A stretch of DNA of 64,000 nucleotides from Rudaea sp. (GTDB lineage Bacteria > Pseudomonadota > Gammaproteobacteria > Xanthomonadales > Rhodanobacteraceae), in NCBI GenBank assembly GCA_035655975.1, contig DASRTK010000058.1, forward strand, positions 2,245 through 66,244. The letters run 5' to 3'. Positions 19,496-29,166 of the stretch are shown here, one piece after another. A program made the position numbers and the translations under genes. The notes beneath the pieces were generated by a model. It saw only the letters and a list, made by a program, of their open reading frames with translations. It ran no database searches and had not been told where the DNA came from. Within the stretch, counting starts at the first letter, position 1. Every line of letters begins with the position of its first letter.

Positions 19496-21358
19496 ATGAG
19501 CCTGCTGCACGAACTCAAGCGTCGCAACGTCATCCGCATGGCCGGTTTGTACCTCGTCGCCGCGTGGTTGACGGTGCAGGTATCGAGCACGGTGCTGCCG
19601 ATGTTCGATGCGCCGGCCTGGTTGCCGCGAGCGATCGTCATCTTCCTCGTAATCGGCTTCGTGCCGGCGATGGTGTTCGCCTGGGTGTTCGAATTGACGC
19701 CGCAGGGCGTGATGCGCGAAAGCCGGATCGACCGCACGGAGTCGATCACGCCGCGGACCGGCCGGCGCATGGACCGCATGATTCTGGTCGGACTTGCGCT
19801 CATCATCGTGTTGATGGGAATCGAGCGCGTCTGGTTCGCGGCCCGGACGTCCAATCCCGCCGCGTTGCCGCCCGCGACCTCGCAAGCGGTAGGCACCGGC
19901 ACGCCTGCGGCCGCAACGGCGCCGGCCAATGCGATCGCGGTCATGGCGTTCGAGGATTTGAGTCCTGCGCACGACCAGGGCTACTTTTCCGACGGCATGG
20001 CCGAGGAAATCCTCAATGCGCTTGCGCGAATCAAGGAGCTGCGCGTGCTCGGGCGCAGTTCGTCGTTCCAGTACAAGGGCAAGGACGTCGATCCGCGCAG
20101 GATCGGCGCCGAACTCGGCGTTGCGCACATCCTCGACGGCTCGGTGCGCCGCCAGGGCGATCTCGTGCGCATTGCCGCGTCGCTGATTTCGACCGCAGAC
20201 GGCGCGGCGCAGTGGACCAAGGAATATAACGGCAAGCTCGCCGACCTGTTCGACCTGCAGGACAACTGCGCGCACGATATCGCGTCGGAACTGAAGATCG
20301 TGCTGACCGGCGGCCAGCGCCCGCTGGTCGACAAGGTCACGGCCAATCCGGAAGCCTACGCGCTGTACGTCGAAGCGCAGACGCTGGTCAGGGAGCGCTT
20401 CGGCGACAGCCTGCCGCGGGCGATCGCGAAGCTCGACGCGGCGGTCAAGCTCGACCCGTCGTTTGCGCGTGCGTGGTCGAAGCGGGCTGTCGCCTACGCA
20501 GTACTGGCGCAATACGTCGCCAGTGACTGGCGGCAGAACTGGGACGCATCGGAAGAATCAGCCCGGCGCGCGCTGGCGCTCGACCCGAACGACGCCGAGG
20601 CCTATGCCGCGCGCAGCTACAACCTGTTTTCGCAGCGTCGCTATGTCGAGATGGCCGAGCCGATGCGGCGTGCGCTGGAGATCGAGCCGGACAACGAGAC
20701 GGCGCGTTACTGGGAAGTCAACGAACTGTCCGCGATGGGACACACGCGCGACTCCCTTCCGCGGCTCGATGCGCTGATGGCGAACGATCCGGACAACGCG
20801 CGCGTCATTTTCTACAAGGCATTCATGAGTTGGCGCGAGCACGACCGCGACACGTTGTCGGCACTCGGACGCCGGCTGCAGGCGCTCGGCTCGCCGTGGG
20901 GCGATGTCGCGATGTCGACCTACTACGCCAGCACCGGCGAGTGCGAAAGCGGCGTCAAGCCTTTCTCCACGCGCCAGCGCATATTCGGTTCGGGAATCAC
21001 GGGTTCCGACACGGAGAAGATCTATCGCGGCATTTGCAGCGGCGGCGCCGCGCGCGAACCGGCGAACGCGATCCTGCTCGCACATGCGGATGACCAGTGG
21101 GTGCCGACGCTGTGGCTCGAGATGGGCGAACCGGAGCGCGCGTTCGATCTTTTCGAACACGGCAATGCCGGCCTATCCGATGCCTTTCTGAATTGGCTTT
21201 GGCAGCCCGAGGACTGGTCGCGCAAGGCGCGCCAGCACGCGGCGTTCCAGAGCTTCGCCAAACGTATCGGCCTCGTCGACTACTGGAAGAAATACGGCTG
21301 GCCGGACCTGTGCAAGCCGCATCCGCAAGCGGCAGCCGACGCGTTCGTTTGCGAGTGA
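19496..21358 (+). CDS. 3-TM / TolB-like / TPR protein, array copy H
   Basis: MSLLHELKRRNV; AIAVMAFEDLS..YFSDG domain; TPRs; divergent C-terminus GLVDYWKKYGWPDLC. Confidence 0.9.
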   Translation: MSLLHELKRRNVIRMAGLYLVAAWLTVQVSSTVLPMFDAPAWLPRAIVIFLVIGFVPAMVFAWVFELTPQGVMRESRIDRTESITPRTGRRMDRMILVGLALIIVLMGIERVWFAARTSNPAALPPATSQAVGTGTPAAATAPANAIAVMAFEDLSPAHDQGYFSDGMAEEILNALARIKELRVLGRSSSFQYKGKDVDPRRIGAELGVAHILDGSVRRQGDLVRIAASLISTADGAAQWTKEYNGKLADLFDLQDNCAHDIASELKIVLTGGQRPLVDKVTANPEAYALYVEAQTLVRERFGDSLPRAIAKLDAAVKLDPSFARAWSKRAVAYAVLAQYVASDWRQNWDASEESARRALALDPNDAEAYAARSYNLFSQRRYVEMAEPMRRALEIEPDNETARYWEVNELSAMGHTRDSLPRLDALMANDPDNARVIFYKAFMSWREHDRDTLSALGRRLQALGSPWGDVAMSTYYASTGECESGVKPFSTRQRIFGSGITGSDTEKIYRGICSGGAAREPANAILLAHADDQWVPTLWLEMGEPERAFDLFEHGNAGLSDAFLNWLWQPEDWSRKARQHAAFQSFAKRIGLVDYWKKYGWPDLCKPHPQAAADAFVCE

Positions 21359-21393
21359 GCTTGTTCGCGGAGCTCAAGCGTCGCGATGCATAA
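21355..21393 (+). pseudogene. Truncated relic of a further array gene start
   Basis: GTGA overlap with copy H stop; reads VSLFAELKRRDA*. Confidence 0.8.
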
Positions 21394-21453
21394 CGTGAGG
21401 CGACCTCAAAAACGGTGGGCTCCACCGACGTTTCGCCGACGCACATCGTTTCC

Positions 21454-21521
21454 GTACGGTGGGCCTTGGCCCACCATCTTTTCGCGCAACGAGAACAGCG
21501 GTGGGCCGAGGCCCACCCTAC
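21454..21521. repeat. GTAG-tagged REP doublet (family 1)
   Basis: GTACGGTGGGCCTTGGCCCACC...GGTGGGCCGAGGCCCACCCTAC; partial third arm near 21413. Confidence 0.85.
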
Positions 21522-21531
21522 ATTCGTGGCG

Positions 21532-22524
21532 TCAGTAAGCCGAGCCGCCCGGCTGCGTCGATGTCAGCACGCCGGCATTGGCCGACACGTTGTAGTTTGT
21601 CGCGCCCGTCGCCGTCCACGTGCCGAAGTTGAATGCGCCCGTGGAGTTGATGCGCTGCACGGCGATGTCAAGGTAAGTCAACGGCTTTTTCGCTGCGCAG
21701 ACCTGCGGCAGGCCGGGCGCCTGCAGGAAGTAGGCGGTGCTGCTGCCGACGACGGTCGCATGGCCGGAACCATCGATCAGCAGAGCGGTTTGCTCGTCGA
21801 CGGCGACGCCGCGCGGCGCGTTGCTCCAGCCATTGGATGCGACGCGGCAAAGAAACGCCAGATCGCGGCCCATGCGGTCGCGCGTGACGAAATGGGGATC
21901 GCCGATGGTTCCCTGCAGCACGAGTGGCAGTGCCGAAAAGTCGCGCGCGAACGACATGTAGCGATTGAACGGATCGGCCAGCGATTGGCTCGACGTCACG
22001 CCCTGGGGCGCCTGCGCCGAGTAGATGAACTGCGTCAGCACGTTCATGCCAGCGCTGGTGCCGCCGACCGGGACGTGGTTGGCGATCTTCGCGTTGAGGA
22101 TCGACTGCACCGGCGTACCAGTCCAGAAGTTGATGTAGTTCGACTGATCGCCACCGGCGATCCATATCGCCTCGGCCTTCTGCATGATCGCGGCGACGTT
22201 TGCGTCGTTGGCGGCGGCAATCGAAGGAATGATCAGCGTGGCGACCGAGTTCACGCCAGGACACAGGCTCTGGATGTACGGATTGTACGCGTCGGTGCCG
22301 GTGGCACGGATCACGAGGAAATCGCCGTTGCCGGCAAGGCCGCACATCCATTGGAATGCGCCGTCGACATCGGTGCCGCCGCCCATCAGGACCAGACCGG
22401 CGGTTGTGTTTGGGCTGACATCGCCCACATTGCCGACGCGGAAGTAAGTGTACGGCGGGTTCTTGGCAGCCCAGACCGGGGCGCAGGCAACGAGAATCAG
22501 GAGCAATGCGAGCAGGCGTTTCAT
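21532..22524 (-). CDS. Secreted cyanophycinase-like peptidase (family S51)
   Basis: Signal peptide MKRLLALLLILVACAPVWA; IAGGDQ, GGTSAG and DPHF..RDRMGR motifs. Confidence 0.85.
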   Translation of the reverse strand: MKRLLALLLILVACAPVWAAKNPPYTYFRVGNVGDVSPNTTAGLVLMGGGTDVDGAFQWMCGLAGNGDFLVIRATGTDAYNPYIQSLCPGVNSVATLIIPSIAAANDANVAAIMQKAEAIWIAGGDQSNYINFWTGTPVQSILNAKIANHVPVGGTSAGMNVLTQFIYSAQAPQGVTSSQSLADPFNRYMSFARDFSALPLVLQGTIGDPHFVTRDRMGRDLAFLCRVASNGWSNAPRGVAVDEQTALLIDGSGHATVVGSSTAYFLQAPGLPQVCAAKKPLTYLDIAVQRINSTGAFNFGTWTATGATNYNVSANAGVLTSTQPGGSAY

Positions 22525-22659
22525 TGGGCGTTCCCTCTCAGGCTGAGATGACCGAGTGGCAAGTGCGGGAAGCGTCGACGTACTTGCCGCAGACGGCTTG
22601 ATGCTACCACGGTCCTTGCGCGGCGGGTGCAGCACCAGGCGACCTCTGCAATGCTCTGA

Positions 22660-23154
22660 TCACAGAGCGCGATACATCACGAATGCATCGCACAATCCGG
22701 ACCGGGCGTGGCGGAACGCGTTCGGAATGCGTCCGACAATTTCAAATCCGTGCTTGCGCCACAACCGCACGGCGCCGTCGTTCGTGCTGACCACGAAGTT
22801 GAACTGCATTGCGGTGAAGCCGGCCTGGCGCGCCTGCGTCAACGAGTGTTCGCACATTGCGCTCGCGATGCCACGTGCGCGCATTGCCGGCGCCACCATG
22901 TAGCCGCAGTTCGCGACATGGTCGCCGAGTCCTGGCTGGTTCGCATGCAGCATGTAGCCGCCTACGCAAGCGCCGTCGAGCTGCGCGACGAAGCAGCGCG
23001 CACCGTCGCTGGTCCACAACTGCCGCGCCTGCTCGAACGTCATGTCGGGAGCATAGCTGTACGTTTCGCCGGCGGCGACGACTTCGTGGAAGATCGGCCA
23101 GAGAAGCCCGAATTCGTCGGCACCGATCTCACGAATGATCAATGCGTCGGACAT
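22660..23154 (-). CDS. GNAT N-acetyltransferase
   Basis: NQPGLGDHVANCGYMV...RARGIA...MQFNFVVSTN..AV.LW.K.GF. Confidence 0.9.
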   Translation of the reverse strand: MSDALIIREIGADEFGLLWPIFHEVVAAGETYSYAPDMTFEQARQLWTSDGARCFVAQLDGACVGGYMLHANQPGLGDHVANCGYMVAPAMRARGIASAMCEHSLTQARQAGFTAMQFNFVVSTNDGAVRLWRKHGFEIVGRIPNAFRHARSGLCDAFVMYRAL

Positions 23155-23164
23155 CGTCCCAGAA

Positions 23165-24064
23165 TCAATGCGCAGGTTTTGGCAGTAGCGCCGGATCCAG
23201 CCGCACGTCGAACCAGTTGAAACCCCAGTGCACGTGCGGACCGCTCGCGCGTCCGGTCATGCCCGAGGCGCCGATGACCTGGCCGGGCTTGATCGGATCT
23301 CCGTATTTGACGTCGAGGCGGCTCATGTGCAGGAACGAACTGGTCAGCCCGAAGCCGTGATCGATCAGCACCGTGCCGCCGGTCAGCACGAGATCGGGTT
23401 GCGCGAAGACGACGAGGCCGCCGGCCGGCGCATGGACCGGCGTGCCTTCGGGCACGGCCATGTCCAGTCCCATGTGCGGTGCCTTCGGAGTTCCGTTGTC
23501 GATGCGCTGACTGCCGTAGACACCGCTGATGCGCGCGCCTTGCACCGGCAAAGAGAAGCCGCGCAGGAAATCCTCACGCGCGTCGTCGCGCTTGCGCGCC
23601 TCGGCGACGAGCGCCTGTTCGCGCTCGATGCGCGCCGCGGTCTCCGGGTCCGGCGTTACGGTCTTCTGCGGCAGACCTTCGACGTGCTCGATATGGTATT
23701 GGCGTTTGGCGACGGCGAAGGTCTGTGTCGTGGTCTTGCCGTTGGCATAGCGGATGTTCAGCCGCGCGGCAGCCGGGGTATCGCGATCCAGCCCGAACAC
23801 GAAGACGCCATCGCTGCCGACGTGCAATTGCCGTCCGTTGAATTCGATTTGCGTGTTGGCCGGTGCGTGGCCGATGACGAGTTCGCCTTGCTGGAGGTGC
23901 TTGGGCAGGCGCAGGGTTTCGGCGCTGCCAGCATGAACCACGATTGAGAAAAATAATGTCGTCATTCCCGCGAAAGCGGGAATCCATGTTGCTCTTGCAC
24001 TGGCCCAAGGCAGAATGGATTCCCGCTTCCGCGGGAATGACGGCATCTTAATCATCGGACTCAT
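23165..24064 (-). CDS. M23 family metallopeptidase
   Basis: HMGLD and HVH zinc motifs, IDHG; start uncertain because a REP doublet lies in the 5' end. Confidence 0.9.
   Translation of the reverse strand: MSPMIKMPSFPRKRESILPWASARATWIPAFAGMTTLFFSIVVHAGSAETLRLPKHLQQGELVIGHAPANTQIEFNGRQLHVGSDGVFVFGLDRDTPAAARLNIRYANGKTTTQTFAVAKRQYHIEHVEGLPQKTVTPDPETAARIEREQALVAEARKRDDAREDFLRGFSLPVQGARISGVYGSQRIDNGTPKAPHMGLDMAVPEGTPVHAPAGGLVVFAQPDLVLTGGTVLIDHGFGLTSSFLHMSRLDVKYGDPIKPGQVIGASGMTGRASGPHVHWGFNWFDVRLDPALLPKPAH
23961..24041. repeat. CGTC-tagged REP doublet (family 2)
   Basis: GTCATTCCCGCGAAAGCGGGAATCC...GGATTCCCGCTTCCGCGGGAATGAC. Confidence 0.9.
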
Positions 24065-24114
24065 CAGGCAACTTCAAGCTGCTCGTCGGTAAAATGAGAG
24101 GCGGGCCGAACTGC

Positions 24115-25449
24115 TCATCGGTCAAACGTGAGGCGGCGGCCCAGCTGTGTGTCATCGAGCTTGCCGTCGTTCCAGGCGAGGTGTCCGTTGACCCAGGTCG
24201 CGGCGACGCTCGAGCGGAAGGTCGTGCCTTCGAATGGGGACCAGCCGCACTTGGAGATCACCGACTCACGCGTCACGGTCTGCGGCGCCGCCGTGTCGAT
24301 CAGGGTCAGGTCGGCCCAGTAGCCTTCGCGAATGAAGCCGCGCTCACTGACGTTGAACAGCTTGGCCGGCGCGTGCGCGCTGCGCTCGACGATCAGTTCG
24401 AGTGGCAACTGGCCGTCGAACCAGCGTTCGAGCGCGCATTGCAGGACGAACTGCACCAGTGGCAGGCCTGACGGCGCCTTTTCATAGGGCTGGTTCTTTT
24501 CCTCCAGCGTGTGCGGCGCGTGGTCGGTCGCAAGCACATCGATGCGGCCGTCGCGCAGCGCATCGATGATCGCGGCGCGGTCGGCCGCGGTCTTGATCGC
24601 CGGGTTGCATTTTATCAAATTACCTTTTGTCGCATAGTCGGCTTCGCTGAAGTGCAGGAAGTGCACGCAGGTCTCGGCGGTGATGCGCTTGCCGTCGAGC
24701 GGGCCGGACGTGAACAGGGCCAGTTCATCCGCGGTCGAGATGTGCAATACGTGCAGGCGCGTGCCGTGGCGCCGCGCCAAGTCGATCGCCAGACGCGTCG
24801 ACTTGATGCAGGCCTCGCGAGAACGGATGAACGGATGCCGCTCGACCGGAATCGAGTCGCCGTATTTCGCGCGTTCGGCGGCGAGGTTCGCCTCGATCGT
24901 CGGCGTGTCCTCGCAATGCGTGACGACCGGAACCGGCGCATCGCGGAAGATGCCGTCGAGCGTCGCCGGGTTGTCGACCAGCATGTTTCCGGTCGAAGCG
25001 CCCATGAAGATCTTTATGCCGCAGGCCGAACGCGGGTCAAGATTGCGGATCAGGTCGAGATTGTCGTTGGTCGCGCCAAAATAGAACGCATGGTTGGCCA
25101 GCGATTTCTGCGCGGCGCGCGCGTACTTGTCGGCAAGCGCAGCATAGTCGGTCGTGGTCGGCTTCGAGTTCGGCATCTCGAAGAAGCTCGTGACGCCGCC
25201 CGCCACGGCGGCGCGCGACTCGGTATGGAAATCGCCCTTGTGCTCGAGGCCCGGTTCGCGGAAGTGGACCTGGTCGTCGATCATGCCAGGTAGCAGGAGG
25301 CGCCCGTTGGCGTCGAAGACGCGTTCGCCGGGTTGCTCGGCGAGGCCCGGTGCTACCGCGTCGATGCGCCCGGAGCGCACGCGCACGTCGCCCTGGAAGC
25401 GGCGTCCTTCGTTGACGATATCGGCGTTGCGGATCAGCCAGTCGTTCAT
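24115..25449 (-). CDS. pyrC: Dihydroorotase
   Basis: PGMIDDQVHFREPG, EMPN, KCNP, ATDHAPH motifs. Confidence 0.92.
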   Translation of the reverse strand: MNDWLIRNADIVNEGRRFQGDVRVRSGRIDAVAPGLAEQPGERVFDANGRLLLPGMIDDQVHFREPGLEHKGDFHTESRAAVAGGVTSFFEMPNSKPTTTDYAALADKYARAAQKSLANHAFYFGATNDNLDLIRNLDPRSACGIKIFMGASTGNMLVDNPATLDGIFRDAPVPVVTHCEDTPTIEANLAAERAKYGDSIPVERHPFIRSREACIKSTRLAIDLARRHGTRLHVLHISTADELALFTSGPLDGKRITAETCVHFLHFSEADYATKGNLIKCNPAIKTAADRAAIIDALRDGRIDVLATDHAPHTLEEKNQPYEKAPSGLPLVQFVLQCALERWFDGQLPLELIVERSAHAPAKLFNVSERGFIREGYWADLTLIDTAAPQTVTRESVISKCGWSPFEGTTFRSSVAATWVNGHLAWNDGKLDDTQLGRRLTFDR

Positions 25450-25537
25450 GCGAGGATTGTCGGTTTGAGTTGGAGGTCAGCGCCAGCCTTCGACGCTACG
25501 AGACGGCCGCCGCTGGGCCTCGGGGAGCCGGGAGGAG

Positions 25538-25789
25538 TCACGATGTCGGCGCGTGTGGTGTTCGACGGAAAGTGAACGCCTGTGGCACCGGATCGGAACC
25601 ACCGTCGCACAGTGGCTGGCAGCGCGCCAGGCGCCACATGGCCAGCATGCCGCCACGCGCGGCGCCGAAGCGCGCGATCGCAACGCGCGCGTAGTCCGAA
25701 CAGCTGGGGTCGAATCGGCAGCGCGATCCGAAAAGCGGACTCAATATCCGCTTGTAGGCTGCCAGCAGGGCGAGAATCAGTCGGGTCAC
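25538..25789 (-). CDS. yidD: Membrane protein insertion efficiency factor
   Basis: YKRILSPL...[10 protein letters not shown]...RC.P...GG.DPVP. Confidence 0.9.
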   Translation of the reverse strand: MTRLILALLAAYKRILSPLFGSRCRFDPSCSDYARVAIARFGAARGGMLAMWRLARCQPLCDGGSDPVPQAFTFRRTPHAPTS

Positions 25790-26026
25790 GGACGATCGAG
25801 GCAACGATGGACGCAGGCGATTTTAGCGGCGGGAAAGCACGCACGCCGGACAATGCCCGCGAGCGCAATTCGGCGCGGAAGCGCCGATTAAGTCACAGTT
25901 TACCTTGAAGGGGCGAAGATCGGCGCAATCTATCGCGACGACGAGTGGCTCGGTTTGGCTGTTTTGCCGTGCAAATGGTTGCCGCAAGGGGTAACTTAGG
26001 CTATAACACGCGACCGCCGAAATACT

Positions 26027-26902
26027 ATGGTGAAGAATATGGCGAACGCGAAACGTAAACCCGCGCCTGCCGCGAAGAAAAAATCAGCAAGCGCAAAGGC
26101 CAAACCCGCGAAAAAAGCGAGTGCGGCCAAAGTGCGCAAGCCGCAAAAGGCGGCCAAGCCCGTGCGCAAGGCAGCACCTGCGCCGAAGGCGAAGAAGGCG
26201 GCCAAGAAAGTTGCGCCAGCAAAGCATGCCGCGAAAAAGAAAGTTGCGGCAAAGCCGGCGGCAAAACCGGCCGTGCACAAATCCAAGGCGGCCAAGCCCG
26301 TCGCGCACAAACCGGCCAAGCCCGCCGCTGCGGTCAAGCCCGCAGCTCCGGTCAAGTCCACCAAGCCCGTCCACGTTGTTCCTACGAAGCACGAGATGCC
26401 AGCAAAGAAAGCCAAAATGGTTACCGCGTCCACTGCAGCCAACGACTCGCTGTCGCGCGACGATGGCCGCTATGCACTGCCGAGCACGGTCGTCGTCAAC
26501 TTGCCCGCGGGCTATCACCCAAACGCGCGCGAGGAATACATGGGCCCGCGTCACCTCGCTTATTTCCGCGCAAAACTGCAGAAGTGGCGCGAGGATCTGG
26601 TCGAGGAATCCAAGCAGACGATCGACAACCTGCGCGACGAAGTGCGTGACGTCGGCGATGAGGCCGAGCGCGCCACGCGCGAGACCGAAAACTCGCTCGA
26701 GCTGCGCACGCGCGACCGCTATCGCAAACTGATCGCCAAGATCGACAAGGCGCTCAAGCGCATCGAGGAAGGCCGCTACGGCTACTGCGAAGAAACCGAC
26801 GAGGAAATCGGCATCGAGCGCCTCGAAGCGCGGCCGATCGCCACCCTCTGCCTCGACGCGCAGGAGCGCTGGGAACACCGCCAGAAGCAGATGGGCGATT
26901 GA
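26027..26902 (+). CDS. dksA: RNA polymerase-binding factor DksA with Lys/Ala/Pro-rich N-terminal extension
   Basis: EEYM...HLAYFR, LELRTRDRYRKLI.KI, YGYCEE...RLEARP.A.LC. Confidence 0.93.
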   Translation: MVKNMANAKRKPAPAAKKKSASAKAKPAKKASAAKVRKPQKAAKPVRKAAPAPKAKKAAKKVAPAKHAAKKKVAAKPAAKPAVHKSKAAKPVAHKPAKPAAAVKPAAPVKSTKPVHVVPTKHEMPAKKAKMVTASTAANDSLSRDDGRYALPSTVVVNLPAGYHPNAREEYMGPRHLAYFRAKLQKWREDLVEESKQTIDNLRDEVRDVGDEAERATRETENSLELRTRDRYRKLIAKIDKALKRIEEGRYGYCEETDEEIGIERLEARPIATLCLDAQERWEHRQKQMGD

Positions 26903-26906
26903 GTTG

Positions 26907-26940
26907 AGAGCAGGGGCTAGGGACTAGGGACGAGGGAGAG
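26907..26940 (+). repeat. Short purine-rich heptamer tandem repeat
   Basis: aggggct-agggact-agggacg-agggag just after the dksA stop. Confidence 0.6.
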
Positions 26941-26983
26941 CTCGCTTCACTTCTCCCCGAATGCCGGGAAGACGCAAATCATC

Positions 26984-27112
26984 GTAGGGTGGGCCTTGGC
27001 CCACCTTTTTTTATGGCCATGGATGGCCGGTATGCGGGAAATGCAGGAGCAATTTCCGGCATTGAAATCGGGGTGATCGAGGAACAGAGCGGTGGGCCAA
27101 GGCCCACCCTAC
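26984..27112. repeat. GTAG-tagged REP doublet (family 1)
   Basis: Arms at 26984-27005 and 27091-27112; the right arm contains the sufE stop codon. Confidence 0.9.
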
Positions 27113-27549
27113 AGTGCTCGGCGCGCGTGTTCCTTGACTGTCTGGAGCATTGCCGAAAGGCCATTGCTGCGCGTCGGCGACAGGTGCTTGGCCAAACCAA
27201 TCGCTTCGATGAAGTGGGGTTCCGTCGCAAGGATTTCCTGCGCGCTCCGGCCGGAATAAACGCGCAGCAGCAGCGCAATGAGTCCGGAAACGATCGCCGA
27301 ATCGCTGATCGCGCGGAAGTCGAGCCGCTCGCGGCCGCCCTCGGCGACGAGCCAGACCTGCGACTGGCAACCCTGCACCTTGTTTGCTTCAGTCTGCAAC
27401 GCAGGCGGAAACGGCGGCAGCTTGCGGCCCAGATCGATCAGATACTGGTAGCGCTCGGTCCAGTCGCTGAAGAACGAAAATTCCTCGGCGATCGCGTCCT
27501 GTGCATCCTGCGCGGACTCTCGCGTTGAAATGTCAGGCCGGGCATTCAT
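27109..27549 (-). CDS. sufE: SufE family Fe-S sulfur acceptor
   Basis: [39 protein letters not shown]. Confidence 0.92.
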   Translation of the reverse strand: MNARPDISTRESAQDAQDAIAEEFSFFSDWTERYQYLIDLGRKLPPFPPALQTEANKVQGCQSQVWLVAEGGRERLDFRAISDSAIVSGLIALLLRVYSGRSAQEILATEPHFIEAIGLAKHLSPTRSNGLSAMLQTVKEHARRAL

Positions 27550-28954
27550 CGTGCTTGGTTCCAGAAGGCGAGGCCAGTTTCCAGCGCGCACCCTGCGGGC
27601 CATCCTCGATGATCACGCCGCGCGCGGCGAGTTCGTCGCGGATCCGGTCCGAAGTGGCGAAGTCCTTGCGCTTGCGCGCATCGGCGCGCTCGGCGAGCAG
27701 GCTTTCGATCCATTCGGGATCGACGCTCTCCGCACCTTGGCGCTTGAACCACGCTTCCGGATCCTGCTGCAGCAGGCCGAGGAAGGCACCGGCTTCGAGC
27801 AATGCTGCCTTTGCCGCCTTCTTGTCTTGTGGACTTGTGGATTTGCGCGCATTGTCCGCAAGCCGCGCGAGCAGCGACAGCGCCTCGGGCGTATTGAGGT
27901 CGTCGGCCAGCGTGTCGATCAACTCGGAAGGCAGGGCGCGATCCTGCGGCGCCACCTCGACCCCGGCGAGGTCGCGCAACGTGCCGTACAGGCCATCCAG
28001 CGTGCGCTGTGCCTGCTCCAGCGTTGCATCGGACCAGTCCAGCGGCTGGCGGTAATGCGCCTTCATCAGCATGAAGCGCAGCAACTCGGCCGGATAACGC
28101 TCGAGCAGTTCGTGCAGAACCAGGGTGTTGCCGAGCGACTTCGACATCTTCCTGCCGCCGAACGTCAGCATGCCGTTGTGCAGCCACCAGCGCGCGAACA
28201 CCTGGCCGCCGTGCGCGCAGGTCGACTGGGCAACCTCGTTTTCGTGGTGCGGGAACATCAGGTCGTTGCCGCCGGCGTGGATGTCGAGCGTGTCGCCGAG
28301 GTGCGCCTCGCTCATCGCCGAGCACTCGATGTGCCAGCCGGGACGGCCGCGGCCCCACGGGCTGTCCCAGCCCGGAAGGTCCGGCGTCGACGGTTTCCAG
28401 AGGACGAAATCGGCCGGATTCTTCTTGTACGGCGCCACCTCGACGCGCGCGCCGGCGATCATTTCCTCGGTCGACCGGCCGGACAGCTTGCCGTAGTCCG
28501 GATAAGAGGAAACGTCGAACAGCACGTGGCCCTCGGCCGCATAGGCATGACCGCCCGCGACCAGCCGCTCGCACATGGCGATGATCTGCGGGATATGCTG
28601 CGTCGCGTACGGGACCACGTCGGGACGGTCCGCGCCGAGGCGCTGGATGTCCTCGTCGTAGGCCGCCGAATAGCGCTGGGTAATGACGTCGATCGGGACG
28701 CCGGCCGCGGCCGCCGCGGCGTTGATCTTGTCGTCGACGTCGGTGACGTTGCGCGCGTAGACCACGTGACCGGCCCCATAGACGTGCCTGAGCAGGCGCA
28801 CGAGCAGGCCGAACACGACCGGCCCGCGCGCATTGCCGATATGCACGTAGTTGTACACCGTCGGGCCGCAGAGGTACAAAGTGACACGCCGCGGGTCCTG
28901 GGGGGCGAAGTCTTCGACGCGGTGCGTCCGGGTGTTGTGCAGTCGCAGGTTCAT
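27533..28954 (-). CDS. cysS: Cysteinyl-tRNA synthetase
   Basis: [32 protein letters not shown]. Confidence 0.97.
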   Translation of the reverse strand: MNLRLHNTRTHRVEDFAPQDPRRVTLYLCGPTVYNYVHIGNARGPVVFGLLVRLLRHVYGAGHVVYARNVTDVDDKINAAAAAAGVPIDVITQRYSAAYDEDIQRLGADRPDVVPYATQHIPQIIAMCERLVAGGHAYAAEGHVLFDVSSYPDYGKLSGRSTEEMIAGARVEVAPYKKNPADFVLWKPSTPDLPGWDSPWGRGRPGWHIECSAMSEAHLGDTLDIHAGGNDLMFPHHENEVAQSTCAHGGQVFARWWLHNGMLTFGGRKMSKSLGNTLVLHELLERYPAELLRFMLMKAHYRQPLDWSDATLEQAQRTLDGLYGTLRDLAGVEVAPQDRALPSELIDTLADDLNTPEALSLLARLADNARKSTSPQDKKAAKAALLEAGAFLGLLQQDPEAWFKRQGAESVDPEWIESLLAERADARKRKDFATSDRIRDELAARGVIIEDGPQGARWKLASPSGTKHDECPA

Positions 28955-29166
28955 AGCGGGGTCAGTAGTGGATCGCTATTGTAACAGTCGCCTTGAAACC
29001 GCAGTCGGTGGCGCGATCGAAGGTGGCGGCCTAAGCCGCCATTCAGCCTTTCGATGCTCTAATTCGACCCTATTCGCAGGCATGCGCAATGCCGCCGGGA
29101 ACCGGCGTGGGCGTGCGGGCGGAGACGCGAGCGGCCATACCGGCGTTTGCGTAGCTTGGAGACGCG

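Noticed and set aside
5783-21358. Calling the array genes adenylate cyclases or kinases
   Set aside because: They contain only the TolB-like/TPR module often fused to such enzymes; no cyclase or kinase catalytic motifs are present
5783-21393. Diversity-generating retroelement or shufflon acting on the array
   Set aside because: No reverse transcriptase, recombinase, adenine-specific TR/VR pair or inverted cassettes seen
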